From assembly GCA_963842085.1 (NCBI GenBank), contig CAWJET010000001.1, positions 256,001 through 320,000 on the forward strand: a DNA stretch of 64,000 nucleotides. Reading direction: 5' to 3'. A model generated the notes under the pieces. That model saw only the letters and a program-made list of their open reading frames with translations. It was not told the DNA's origin and did not search any database. This DNA comes from an uncultured delta proteobacterium. Its GTDB lineage: Bacteria > Desulfobacterota > Binatia > Binatales > Binataceae. This document shows, piece after piece, positions 20,417 through 31,987 of the stretch. How positions within the stretch are numbered: the first letter of the stretch is position 1; the number at the start of each line of letters is the position of its first letter. The position numbers were made by a program, and so were the translations under genes.

Positions 20417-21724
20417 ATGAAGGTACTGGTCATCGGCAAAGGCGGGCGCGAGCACGCGATCGTGTGGCGGCTCCATCAGAGCGAGACCGTGTGGAAGATT
20501 TTTTGCGCGAGCGGAAACCCGGGGATCGATCAAATCGCGGAGGCGGTGCCGATCGCGCCGACCGACGTAGCCGCGCTGGTGGAATTCGCGAAGTCGAAGG
20601 CGGTCGATCTGACGGTCGTAGGTCCGGAGGACCCGCTCGCCGCTGGAATTGTCGATCAGTTCACGCGCGCGGGGCTTAAAATATTCGGGCCGACCGCGGC
20701 TGCGTCGCAACTCGAGACCAGCAAGTCGTTTGCGAAAACGATCATGCGCGAGGCGGGCGTGCCGACCGCCGACTTCGCTGCGTTCGACGACGCCGACTCC
20801 GCGCGCCGCTACGTGAAGTCGCGCACCGGATCGATGGTCGTCAAGGCCGATGGGCTCGCGCTTGGCAAAGGTGTCACCGTTTGTCACGGGGTCAAGGCCG
20901 CTCTGGAAGCGGTCGCGGATGCGATGGAGCGGCGGCGCTTCGGAGCGGCAGGCAATCGCGTAATTGTCGAGGAGTTTTTGACCGGCCAGGAAGTTTCTTT
21001 TTTCGCGCTGTGCGACGGCAAGAACGCCATCCCGCTCGGCACCTTCCAGGATCACAAGGCCGTGTTCGAGGACGATCGCGGCCCCAACACCGGCGGGATG
21101 GGCGCGTACTCGCCGGTCCGGCAATTCGGCCCCGAAATGGAAGCGCGCGTGATGCGCGAGGTGGTCGGGCCGACGCTGGCGGCGATGAACGCACGCGGAA
21201 TTCCGTTTCGCGGACTGCTGTTCGTGGGATTGATGATCGACGGCGAGCGAATCAACGTGCTCGAGTTCAACGTGCGCTTCGGCGATCCCGAATGCGAAGC
21301 GCTGATGATGCGGCTGGACAGCGACCTGGCCGAAAACCTGCTCGCGTCGGCCAACGGGAATGTCTCGGATGCGGCGGTAAGGCTCTCGCCGCGGAGCGCG
21401 GTGGCGGTCGTGCTCGCGTCGGGCGGATACCCGGGCGAGTACAAAAAGGGCATCGCGATTCGCGGGCTGGACCGGCTCGAAGGCAACGTCCCGTCGGACA
21501 TCAAGACAAAATGGGCGATGAAAAAAATCCGCGTGAAGGTTTTTCATGCAGGCACTGCGATGCGCGACGCGCAATTGGTCACGGACGGCGGGCGCGTGTT
21601 GACGGTGACCGCAATGGCGCCGGAGCTGGCGACGGCGGTCGGTGCGGCATACGAGGCGGCGGAAATGATCGAGTTCGAGGGACGTCATTTCCGGCGCGAC
21701 ATCGCGCGGCGTGCGCTCGGATAG
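20417..21724 (+). CDS. purD: Phosphoribosylamine-glycine ligase
   Basis: GGREHA, VVGPE, KADGLALGKGV, GPNTGGMG and EFNVRFGDPE motifs. Confidence 0.97.
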   Translation: MKVLVIGKGGREHAIVWRLHQSETVWKIFCASGNPGIDQIAEAVPIAPTDVAALVEFAKSKAVDLTVVGPEDPLAAGIVDQFTRAGLKIFGPTAAASQLETSKSFAKTIMREAGVPTADFAAFDDADSARRYVKSRTGSMVVKADGLALGKGVTVCHGVKAALEAVADAMERRRFGAAGNRVIVEEFLTGQEVSFFALCDGKNAIPLGTFQDHKAVFEDDRGPNTGGMGAYSPVRQFGPEMEARVMREVVGPTLAAMNARGIPFRGLLFVGLMIDGERINVLEFNVRFGDPECEALMMRLDSDLAENLLASANGNVSDAAVRLSPRSAVAVVLASGGYPGEYKKGIAIRGLDRLEGNVPSDIKTKWAMKKIRVKVFHAGTAMRDAQLVTDGGRVLTVTAMAPELATAVGAAYEAAEMIEFEGRHFRRDIARRALG

Positions 21725-21729
21725 TCGCG

Positions 21730-22335
21730 ATGTCTCGCGTCGAAGATGGGATCGCGGCGTTGAAAGCCGGCGAGCTGGTCGTCTATCCGACCGAGACGTT
21801 CTATGCGATCGGCGCCGACGCTTTTTCAGCGACGGCGATCCGGCGGCTGTTTCGAGTGAAGCGGCGCGAGGCGCGACGTCCCGTTGGATTGATCGCAGCG
21901 GACGCTGCGATGGCATTTTCGGTGGCTCGCGAAATACCGAGCAACGCACGGCGGCTCGCGGACGCATTCTGGCCGGGACCGCTGACGCTCGTGTTGCCGG
22001 CACGCGGCGACCTTGCGCCGGAGCTGGTCGGAGCCGACGGTGTCGGCGTGCGCGTGTCGCCCAATCCGGTCGCGCGCGCACTCAGCGCGGGAATCGGGCG
22101 GCCGATCACTGCGACCAGCGCGAACCTGAGCGGAGCGGCGCCGGCCAGCACGTTAGACGAAGCGCGCGCGTCGCTGGGTGAAAAAGTTAAAGTTTACCTT
22201 GAAGGTGGGAAATTGACGGCCTCGGCGCCGAGCACAGTCGTGGCGGTCAGCGGAAGCGAGTGGAAAATGGTGAGAGTGGGAGCGATTTCGGAAAGTCAGA
22301 TAGCGGCGGCGCTGGCCGCAGACGCGCTGAAATGA
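21730..22335 (+). CDS. tsaC: L-threonylcarbamoyladenylate synthase (TsaC/Sua5/YrdC)
   Basis: YPTETFYAIG, FWPGPLT and ATSANLSG motifs; likely start ATG 21730 inside the longer track ORF. Confidence 0.92.
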   Translation: MSRVEDGIAALKAGELVVYPTETFYAIGADAFSATAIRRLFRVKRREARRPVGLIAADAAMAFSVAREIPSNARRLADAFWPGPLTLVLPARGDLAPELVGADGVGVRVSPNPVARALSAGIGRPITATSANLSGAAPASTLDEARASLGEKVKVYLEGGKLTASAPSTVVAVSGSEWKMVRVGAISESQIAAALAADALK

Positions 22336-23624
22336 GCGGGCTCAGCAAACGCATCGAGCCGTTTCGCGCGCTCATGTACAACCGCAAGATCGCCGGCGAG
22401 CCGGCGCGCGTGGTGGCGCCGCCGTACGATTTGATCGGCACGGAGCGTCAGAATCAACTGTACGAGCGCAGCCCGTACAACGTCGTGCGGCTCGAACTCG
22501 GGCGCGAGTCGGACCGCTACGCCGCAGCGGAAACAACGCTCGCGGAATGGCTGGCGGCGGGCGTCGTCGAGCGGTCGGTGCGTCCCGCAATTTTCCAGTA
22601 CACGCAAACTTTCGACGTCGAGGGGCGGCAGCTGCATCGCACGGGATTTATCGCGCGAGTGCGTCTCGAGGAATTCGATCGCGGGCGTATCGTGCCGCAT
22701 GAGCGAACTTTCCCGGCCGCGAAGGAGGACCGCCTGCGCCTGCTGACCGCGCTGCGGGTCAACACGAGCTCGATCTTCGGGCTCTATTCCGGCGCGCATC
22801 CCGAGCTCGACCGTTTGCGCGAGCAGGTGGCCTCGCGCTCGCCGCTGATCGATCTGGTCGACGACCTGGGAATCCGCAACGAGCTGCGGCCGATCGAGGC
22901 GGCCGGCGAAATCGCGATCATTCAGCGCGAGCTCGAGTCGCCGCGCATCCTGATCGCCGACGGACATCATCGCTACGAAACCGCGCTGAACTATCGCCGC
23001 GCCCGGCGCCACGAGAGTGCGTCGAGCGAGGCGGAGCCGTACGACTACACGATGATGACGCTGGTGGCGTGCGACGATCCCGGCTTGGTGATTCTGCCGA
23101 CGCATCGGGTGGTGAAATCGCTGCCCGCCAGCGCGATCGCGTCGTTCACGGATCGCGCGCGCGAGGTGTTCGACGTCGAGGAGATCGCCCATCGCGACGA
23201 ATTTCGCGCGCGCCTGAACGGTTCGAACAGCGGCGCGATCGGCGTCGTGTTGAAGGGCACTTCCAACTATTTGATTCTGCGGCTCCGCAGCAGCGCCGCG
23301 ATGGAGGCGGCGATGCCCGAAGCGGCGGCCGAGGTCCGGCGCCTCGACGTGTCGGTGCTGCACGCGCTCGTGTTCGATCGAATATTTGGGCTCGGCGCCG
23401 ACGAGATTCGCAAAGGCGGAAACATCGAATACACCATCGAAATCGGCGGTGCGCTCGGCGCAGTCGCGAATGGACGTGCCGATGGTGCGTTCCTGATGAA
23501 TCCGCCGAGGATCCAGGATGTCGAGCGGGTGAGCGACGCAGGCGCGACGATGCCGGAGAAATCGACCTACTTCCATCCCAAGCTGCTGACCGGCCTGGTT
23601 ATGAATCCGCTGTTCGGCAGTTAA
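22332..23624 (+). CDS. DUF1015 family protein
   Basis: APPYDLI, PHERT, IADGHHRYETA, LPTHR and MPEKSTYFHPKLLTGL motifs; ATGA overlap with tsaC. Confidence 0.9.
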   Translation: MSGLSKRIEPFRALMYNRKIAGEPARVVAPPYDLIGTERQNQLYERSPYNVVRLELGRESDRYAAAETTLAEWLAAGVVERSVRPAIFQYTQTFDVEGRQLHRTGFIARVRLEEFDRGRIVPHERTFPAAKEDRLRLLTALRVNTSSIFGLYSGAHPELDRLREQVASRSPLIDLVDDLGIRNELRPIEAAGEIAIIQRELESPRILIADGHHRYETALNYRRARRHESASSEAEPYDYTMMTLVACDDPGLVILPTHRVVKSLPASAIASFTDRAREVFDVEEIAHRDEFRARLNGSNSGAIGVVLKGTSNYLILRLRSSAAMEAAMPEAAAEVRRLDVSVLHALVFDRIFGLGADEIRKGGNIEYTIEIGGALGAVANGRADGAFLMNPPRIQDVERVSDAGATMPEKSTYFHPKLLTGLVMNPLFGS

Positions 23625-24257
23625 ATGATGGACCGGCAAAGTCGCGGGTCGCGGTTAATCCTGGTTCGCCACGGCGAGACTGAGGGCGAGTCGAGCATCA
23701 GGTATCACGGCCGCACCGACGTGGCGCTGTCGGAACTCGGACGCGCGCAGATGCGCCTTGCGGGCCGCGCGATCGCGACGCGTCATGGCGCGAACAATCT
23801 CGCGCGCGTTTTTTCGAGTCCGCTGGTTCGTGCATCCGAAGGCGCACGAATCGTGGCAGGCGACTTGGCGCCGCTCGTCACGATTGATGAATTCGCCGAA
23901 GTTCACTTCGGACTGTTTGAAGGACTTACCGCCGATGAGATTCGCGAGAGCTATCCCGACGAGTTCGCGCGATGGAACGCCGACCGGCTTGCGCCGAGCT
24001 ACGCCTACCCCGCCGGCGAAAGCCGCGCCGCTTTTGCCGATCGCGTCGAGCGCGGCCTGGAACGCATGCTGACGCTATGGAGGCCGCGCGCTAACGACGC
24101 GCTGTTAGTGGCGCATCGCGGCGTAATTCGCGCGATCGTGCGAAAGCTCACGGGTCGCGAGCCCGTCGTGGAGCTGGGATCGATTCATATTCTCCGCTTC
24201 GACGGCGGCTGGCATGCCGAGATGCTCGACGTCATCGATCACCTCGACAACACCTGA
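23625..24257 (+). CDS. Histidine phosphatase (phosphoglycerate mutase-like) family protein
   Basis: LVRHGET, SSPLVRA, 'FGLFEG', GES and 'VAHRGVIR' motifs. Confidence 0.9.
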   Translation: MMDRQSRGSRLILVRHGETEGESSIRYHGRTDVALSELGRAQMRLAGRAIATRHGANNLARVFSSPLVRASEGARIVAGDLAPLVTIDEFAEVHFGLFEGLTADEIRESYPDEFARWNADRLAPSYAYPAGESRAAFADRVERGLERMLTLWRPRANDALLVAHRGVIRAIVRKLTGREPVVELGSIHILRFDGGWHAEMLDVIDHLDNT

Positions 24258-24259
24258 AC

Positions 24260-25042
24260 TCACACGCGGCGCAGCACGCCCGTCCAGCGGTAACGGCATC
24301 GGTCGAGCGGCCTGGTGAAAGACAGGTCGCAGTAGGCGGCGACCATTTTGAACATCCCCGAGGCGAGCGCGGCGAGTTCCAACGTGGCGGGAATGGTGTA
24401 GCGCACCGGAATCAAATCGCGAGTGGTTACAGCGCCGGCGGGAAAGTTGATGGTGCATTCGAGTTCGTAGATTGAATGCAGCGGCGAGTGCCACGCGATG
24501 GGGCGATGGAACTCACGGATGTTGAGTGTAACGCCGCCGGCGCTCGCCTCGCGCTCGCGCCACATCGTGCGCTGCGACACGCGCGGAATCGGATCCTGGC
24601 GATCGATGTCGATGCAATACAAGCCGCCGCGCTTAAGCGCGCGGCCGACAGACTTGAGATGCGAGAGCAGGTCGGCGTTCTCGACGAGCACCGGAAATGT
24701 CTCTGACATAAAGATTGCCGCGTCGAATGGGCGCTCGGGGAGAGTGAACTTTTCGATTGGCCGGCGGTAGAAGCGAAGATTCGCAAGTTCGCCCGCTTTG
24801 CGCCGCCCCGCCGCGATCATCGTAGTTGAGCGATCGATTCCGACGACCTCGAATCCGTCTTGCGCCAGCAATCGTCCGTGGGGCGAGTCGCCGCACGCGA
24901 TGTCGAGGACTCGGCGCGTCGGCCGCTTGCGATGGCGATTCCAGACCTGTTGCAGGAAAAGCACTTCGGCCGGAATTTCGCCGGGGCTTTCGAGGTGCGC
25001 GCGGCGGAAGACGTCGGGATACTCGTAGATGCTCGGTTCCAC
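24260..25042 (-). CDS. Class I SAM-dependent methyltransferase
   Basis: 'VLDIACG', 'GIDRS' and 'LKRGG' motifs. Confidence 0.85.
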   Translation of the reverse strand: MEPSIYEYPDVFRRAHLESPGEIPAEVLFLQQVWNRHRKRPTRRVLDIACGDSPHGRLLAQDGFEVVGIDRSTTMIAAGRRKAGELANLRFYRRPIEKFTLPERPFDAAIFMSETFPVLVENADLLSHLKSVGRALKRGGLYCIDIDRQDPIPRVSQRTMWREREASAGGVTLNIREFHRPIAWHSPLHSIYELECTINFPAGAVTTRDLIPVRYTIPATLELAALASGMFKMVAAYCDLSFTRPLDRCRYRWTGVLRRV

Positions 25043-25157
25043 GGCGATGAGCGTACAAGCGCCGCGTGCGGGAATCGACGCTTGAGATTTCGCGGCGAAC
25101 GGCGGGATAATGCCCGCGCATCCGAGTTCCTGAACGACCGTTTAGGAGAGAGCCACG

Positions 25158-26369
25158 ATGAGCAAGCCGCTCGAAGGAATCAAGGTCGTCGAGATCGCGC
25201 AGGAAATCCAGGGACCGTTCGCGTCGCTGATCCTGGCCGACATGGGTGCCGACGTGGTCAAGATCGAGAACAAGGAGACGGGAGATCTGAGCCGCTGGAT
25301 GCTGGCTGCGCTGATCGGCGGACCGGACGTCAGAAACGCGACGGTGTCGCATTACTTCATCGCAATGAATCGCGGCAAGCGGAGCATCACCGCCGACCTC
25401 AAGAAGCCCGACGCGATCGAAATGGTGCGCCGGATGATGAAATCGTACGACGTACTCGTCACCAACTATCGACCGGGCGTGCTCGACCGGCTGGGACTCG
25501 GCTACGACGACGCGCGCAAGATCAATCCGCGCATAGTGTATGCGCAGGGAAGTTCGTGGGGACCGAAGGGGCCGTGGGTGACGCGCCCGAGCCGCGACAC
25601 GCTCGCGCAGGCCGCGAGCGGCGTGATGGCGAAGACGGGGATGCCGGCCGATCCACCGCTGGCGGCGGGAATATTCATCGCGGATCACTCGGGCGCGCTC
25701 AGCCTGGCGAGCGGCGTGCTGGCGGCGCTGTTCGCGCGCGAGCGCACCGGCAAGGGGCAAAAGGTCGACGCGTCGATCTACGGCACGATGATCGCGATGC
25801 AGGGGATGGAGATCAATTACACGTCGATCACCGGCGCCGAGCCCGAGCGCGCGGGCCGCGGACATCAGTTCCTGCGCGGCGTGTGGGGCGCGTTCCCGAC
25901 GCGCGACGGATTCATCTGTATTGCGGGCGTGGACGAGAAGCGCTGGCCGTCGTTCTGCAAGATCGTCGGGATTGAGCATCTCGAGAAGGATCCCGAGTAC
26001 TCGGACAACGTGATTCGCAATTTTCACGGCGACAAGATTCAGAAAGTGCTCGACGAGATCTTCCCGAAGCAGACGAGCAAGGAATGGCTCAAGCAACTCA
26101 CCGACGCCGACATCCTGGCGACCGAGGTCGTCGATTACCGCACGATGCTGCAAAGCGAGCAGGCACGCGTCAACGGCTACCTGCTCGAACTCGACCATCC
26201 GGTGGCCGGCAAGGTGCTCGTGTCGGGCACGCCGATAACGATCAACGGCGAAGTTACGACCGATGCGAAGGCCGCGCCCGAACACGGGCAGCATACCGAG
26301 GAAGTGCTGCTCGAGCTCGGCTACACGTGGGAAGAGATCGGCGCGCTGCGCGACGGCGGCGCGGTGTAG
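25158..26369 (+). CDS. CaiB/BaiF family (class III) CoA-transferase
   Basis: PLEGIKVVE, LADMGADVVKIE, NRGKRSI, catalytic-region D in FIADH, and APEHGQHT motifs. Confidence 0.93.
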   Translation: MSKPLEGIKVVEIAQEIQGPFASLILADMGADVVKIENKETGDLSRWMLAALIGGPDVRNATVSHYFIAMNRGKRSITADLKKPDAIEMVRRMMKSYDVLVTNYRPGVLDRLGLGYDDARKINPRIVYAQGSSWGPKGPWVTRPSRDTLAQAASGVMAKTGMPADPPLAAGIFIADHSGALSLASGVLAALFARERTGKGQKVDASIYGTMIAMQGMEINYTSITGAEPERAGRGHQFLRGVWGAFPTRDGFICIAGVDEKRWPSFCKIVGIEHLEKDPEYSDNVIRNFHGDKIQKVLDEIFPKQTSKEWLKQLTDADILATEVVDYRTMLQSEQARVNGYLLELDHPVAGKVLVSGTPITINGEVTTDAKAAPEHGQHTEEVLLELGYTWEEIGALRDGGAV

Positions 26370-26377
26370 CGACGGGT

Positions 26378-27313
26378 TCACGGGCGGGTCACTCGGTATA
26401 TGACGAACGTGCCGTTTACGTTCTCGTGGTAGTAGAGTGATTTCTCGTCGGGCGACAATGCGGGAGCTTCCGCGAATCCAGTGATCGCTTCGATTTTGCG
26501 CGGCTTGCCGAATGGCTTTGAAATCTTTGCGCGTGTCGCCGTGTAGATCGCCGGTAGCGTCCCGTCAAACCGAGTGAAGAAAAATTCGAGGCCCGACTTC
26601 GAGATGTCGGGCGCGTAGTTGAGACCGTGCATGTTGATCTTGCGCATGATCCTGGCGCTGTTCTCAACGCGCGCAAATTGACTGCCCGCGCGCCTGGCCA
26701 TCGAGATGCTCGCGCTTAACAGATCGCCGCCGGCCGTGTAGACGCCGTCATCAAAATACAACGTGCTGCCGTCGGGGCTGATGCACGCGTCGAAATTTAC
26801 GTCGCCCGGCGTGAGCTTCGAAATTCCCGGCACGATCGCGACGCCCGAGCAACTGCCGTCGGAAAAGGTACACCAATAAATAGTCGAAAAAGTTTGCGCG
26901 TAACTTCTGTTCGACACGAAATAGAAAGTGTTGTTGACGTCCATCGAGGCGACCGCATCCAGGAACGTTGAGTTGACGCCGCCGATTTCACCCTGGAACC
27001 GGAAGGTCAAGCCGGTCTCGTCGACCGGCGTCGCGTAGTACAAGTTAGTGTCAGGGGCGCTGTTCGAATTGTTGAAGAACAGGTAGTTGCCGTCGGGGCT
27101 GACGAACGGCTCCATCGCGTCCTGGCTGTAGCCCTCAATCGTCAGGGGTTGGGGATTGGTGAATACGCCAAATGCCGGCTTGGCGTCCGGTGCTCCGGCG
27201 ATGGAGGCGCCAGCGCCCGCGTTGACTGTGAACGCTCCAGTGAGCAGCAACAGCCAAATCATCGCACAAGTGAAACCTCGCCAGGTCGAAATCATTTTCA
27301 CGGCGACTTCCAT
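26378..27313 (-). CDS. Secreted TolB/PD40-like beta-propeller protein
   Basis: Signal-peptide-like N-terminus (start 27313 or 27295); repeated 'SPDGxxL(F/Y)' blades. Confidence 0.75.
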   Translation of the reverse strand: MEVAVKMISTWRGFTCAMIWLLLLTGAFTVNAGAGASIAGAPDAKPAFGVFTNPQPLTIEGYSQDAMEPFVSPDGNYLFFNNSNSAPDTNLYYATPVDETGLTFRFQGEIGGVNSTFLDAVASMDVNNTFYFVSNRSYAQTFSTIYWCTFSDGSCSGVAIVPGISKLTPGDVNFDACISPDGSTLYFDDGVYTAGGDLLSASISMARRAGSQFARVENSARIMRKINMHGLNYAPDISKSGLEFFFTRFDGTLPAIYTATRAKISKPFGKPRKIEAITGFAEAPALSPDEKSLYYHENVNGTFVIYRVTRP

Positions 27314-27373
27314 GTTACATATTAATTCACTCACGCGCCCTGATGACTGCGACCGAATCGAGGAGGAACGGCT

Positions 27374-27805
27374 ATGGCGCTGGCGGCTCGTATCTCTATC
27401 GCGACGCTCGGCGTGAGCGATCTCGCGCGCTCGACCAGGTTCTATCTGGCGCTCGGCTGGGAACTGACGGCGGACTCCTCGTCCGAGATCAGCTTCTTTC
27501 GCACGGCAGGCGGAGTGCTGGCGCTCTACCCTTTCGAGCTGCTCGCCAAAGACACGACTTTGCCGGCGGTGCGAACACGAGGATTCGGCGGAGTGACGCT
27601 CGCGATCAACGTCGAGCGCCCCGAGGACGTGCAGCCGGGACTCGACACGGCGAAGGATGCAGGTGCGACAATTCTCAAACCCGCGACGAAGGCGGACTGG
27701 GGAGGGGTGTCGGGATATTTCGCCGACCCCGACGGTTATCCGTGGGAAGTTGTGTGGGCGCCCAGGTCGAAATTCAAGCCCGACGGCTCGCTGGATGTCA
27801 GTTAG
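27374..27805 (+). CDS. VOC/glyoxalase family protein
   Basis: 'ISIATLGVSDL' and 'WGGVSGYFADPDGYPWEV'; GAGGAGG SD. Confidence 0.92.
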   Translation: MALAARISIATLGVSDLARSTRFYLALGWELTADSSSEISFFRTAGGVLALYPFELLAKDTTLPAVRTRGFGGVTLAINVERPEDVQPGLDTAKDAGATILKPATKADWGGVSGYFADPDGYPWEVVWAPRSKFKPDGSLDVS

Positions 27806-27815
27806 ACAATTGCGC

Positions 27816-28526
27816 ATGGCGGAACGGCACATCGTTGCGATGGGCGGCGGCGGATTCTCGATGGAGCCGCGCAATCCGAAGCTCGACGATTTTGTCTTGA
27901 GCCTCGCGCGGCGCAAGCGGCGTCCGCGGGTGTGCTTCGTCGGCACCGCGAGCGGCGACAGCGATTCCTACATCAGGCGTTTCCACGACGCGTTTCCGCC
28001 GTCGCGCGCCGCCGCGACTCATCTCACTTTCTTCGAGCGAACGGTTCGCGACCTCAAAACGTTCGTGATGGACCAGGATGTTATCTATGTCTGCGGCGGC
28101 AGCAGCGCGAACATGCTCGCGGTGTGGCGCTTGCACGGCCTCGACAAAGTGCTGCGCGCGGCCTGGAACGCGGGCGTCGCGATGGCGGGAATCAGCGCGG
28201 GCGCGATTTGCTGGTTCGAAGACGGCCTGACGGATTCGTTCGGCATGCCGTTTCGCGCGCTCGACGACGGGCTCGGGTTCGTGCGCGGGGCCTGCTGTCC
28301 GCATTACGACGGCGAGAAAGAGCGGCGCCCGGCGTTGATGCGATTGATCAAGCGTGGATTTCCGTCGACGCTCGCGCTCGACGACGGGGCGGCTGCGCAC
28401 TTTGTCGGGACGCGGCTGATGGAAGTCGTTTCCTCGCGGCCGAAAGCGCGCGCGATCCGTGTCGAGCTCAGGCGCGGGGTGGTGGCTGAGACGACACTTC
28501 CGGTGCGGTACCTCGGCGCGAGCTGA
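27816..28526 (+). CDS. Peptidase E (S51 family)
   Basis: IVAMGGGGF, TASGD, GISAGA nucleophile and CPHYD motifs. Confidence 0.9.
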   Translation: MAERHIVAMGGGGFSMEPRNPKLDDFVLSLARRKRRPRVCFVGTASGDSDSYIRRFHDAFPPSRAAATHLTFFERTVRDLKTFVMDQDVIYVCGGSSANMLAVWRLHGLDKVLRAAWNAGVAMAGISAGAICWFEDGLTDSFGMPFRALDDGLGFVRGACCPHYDGEKERRPALMRLIKRGFPSTLALDDGAAAHFVGTRLMEVVSSRPKARAIRVELRRGVVAETTLPVRYLGAS

Positions 28527-28544
28527 CGAAACAGTCAGACGTGA

Positions 28545-29908
<1,364 letters not shown>

Positions 29909-29909
<1 letters not shown>

Positions 29910-31447
29910 TGCCCACGCGGCCGCCGGTTGCAGCGCTGGTGATTTTCGACGGATGGGGAATCAGCAAGAGCGGCGCGTCGAACGCGATCGCGGCGGCGAC
30001 GACTCCGGTGATGGACCGCCTCTACGCCACGCAGGCGCACACCGAGCTCGCCGCGTCGGGCGAGGCGGTGGGACTGCCGCCGGGCGTGATGGGCAACTCC
30101 GAAGTCGGGCATCTCACGATCGGCGCGGGCCGCGTCATCTACCAGGACCTGATGCGAATCACGAAAGCGATCGGGAGCGGAGCGTTCGCGCGCAACCCGG
30201 CGATTGTCGATGCTATCGAAAAGACCGTCGCGAACGGCACGACGCTGCATATCTGGGGACTGCTTTCCGACGGCAGCGTGCACAGTCATATCGATCATCT
30301 GATGGCATTGCTCGACGCCGCCGCGGCGAATGGCGCAACCCGGATTGCGGTTCACGCCGTGCTCGACGGGCGCGACAAGCCGCCGCGCTCGGCCATCGCG
30401 TTTATCGATCAGCTCGAAGCGAAGCTGAAGCGGCTCGGATGCGGGCGAATCGCGACGGTCACGGGGCGATACTACGCGATGGATCGCGACAAGCGATGGG
30501 AGCGAGTGGAGCGGGCGTGGCGCGCGATCGTCGAGGGCGAAGGTGTGGCGGCGTCAAGCGCGCGCGTGGCGGTGGAGAATTCGTACGCCGACGGCAAGAG
30601 CGATGAGTTCGTCGAGCCGCACGTGATCGGCAAGCGAGCGCCGATGGCGGACGGCGACCAGGTGATCTGCTTCAACTTCCGCGCGGACCGCGCGCGCGAG
30701 CTGACGGCCGCAATCGCGTTCGAGGGATTTTCCGGCTTCCGCCGCGAGCGCATCCCGAAGGTCGGCTACGTGTGCATGACCGAGTACGATCGCACGTTCG
30801 CACTGCCGCTGGCGTTCGGTCCGGAAGACGTGCGCAACACGCTGGCGGAAGTGATGGCGCACGCGGGGCTCAGGAATTTGCGCGTCGCGGAGACCGAGAA
30901 ATATGCCCACGTCACGTACTTTCTCAACGGCGGCGTCGAGAAGGCGTTCCCGCTCGAAGAGCGCGCGCTGATTCCGTCGTCGAAGGTCGCGACCTACGAC
31001 CTGGAACCGGCGATGAAAGCGGCCGAGATCGCGAGGCGCGCCGCCGAGGAAATCGCGGGCGGCAAGTTCGATGTGGTCGTGATGAACTTCGCCAATCCCG
31101 ACATGGTCGGGCATACCGGCAACTTCGCGGCGACGGTGGCGGCGGTCGAAGCGACGGACGCGGCGCTGGGCGTCGTGATCGACGCACTGGCGAAGCGCGG
31201 CGGCGTCGCGCTGGTCACGGCGGATCACGGCAACGCCGAATTCATGGCCGACCCCGCGACCGGGCAGGCGCATACCGCGCATACAACGAATCCGGTGCCG
31301 CTCATCCTGTACGATCCGAAATTCAAGGGGAGGCTCAATGACGGCGGGACGCTCGCGGACGTGGCGCCGACGCTGCTCGGGATGCTCGACGTGAAAACGC
31401 CGCCGGAGATGACGGGGCACGATTTGAGGGTCCAGATCGAGCGCTGA
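29909..31447 (+). CDS. gpmI: 2,3-bisphosphoglycerate-independent phosphoglycerate mutase
   Basis: DGWG, MGNSEVGH, GRYYAMDRD, ETEKYAHVT, NPDMVGHTG and ADHGNAE motifs; TGATG overlap with eno. Confidence 0.97.
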
Positions 31448-31760
31448 CTTGCAGGTTCGCGAACGCGAACAATCGGCGAATGCCACCATTAGCTGTGGTT
31501 CGGCGACTGATCGACCACCATCGGTGGGTTCGTTCCGTCAAAATTTGTTTCGGAAGAGAGGGGAATCGCGTCGCGATTTTCAGAGGTGCAGACAAGCCAA
31601 TGGCGTTGTGAGCGATGCTCATATGCGATCAATAGCAAGGCGGGCGTGGAGGGGATAAGGCTGCACAGTTCATCCCTGAACTAAAATGGCACTGCAACAA
31701 GGAGCGCGCGCAGCGCGCGAGTGAGAGACCGGAACCGGCTTCGCGTGCGCGAAGCTGTCC

Positions 31761-31984
31761 GAGATCCTTCCATCCGCTCGCGCTGCTCACTTCGTCAGGA
31801 TGACAACTCGCGTGCGTGCGTTGGACCTCACCCTCCGCGTCGCTTCGGCGCGCGTCGACCTTTCCTCGGATAAGGAGAGGTCAGGATTTGCAGAGTCGTG
31901 AATCGCGCGCGAAAGGAATCGCGCGCTGAATTTGGTCCCTCACCCGCGCCGCGGCGGCGCGACCTCTCCCGATAGGGAGAGGGG
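31761..31984. repeat. Cluster of REP/MITE-like palindromic elements between convergent gpmI and the VWA gene
   Basis: AGATCCTTC...TCAGGATGACA element (31761-31805) and two CCTCACCC...GACCT(T/C)TCC...GGAGAGG elements (31826-31882, 31937-31984). Confidence 0.7.
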
Positions 31985-31987
31985 AAG

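Noticed and set aside
26378-27946. 522-aa version of the beta-propeller ORF
   Set aside because: The N-terminal part is antisense to the VOC and peptidase E genes; the real start is near 27295-27313.
31449-31700. Short ORFs in the AT-richer spacer after gpmI
   Set aside because: No SD, no motifs and no recognisable family; could be a decayed remnant, but I cannot support that.
31761-31984. Possible CRISPR array
   Set aside because: The repeats are few, degenerate and irregularly spaced, and there are no cas genes; they fit REP-like elements better.
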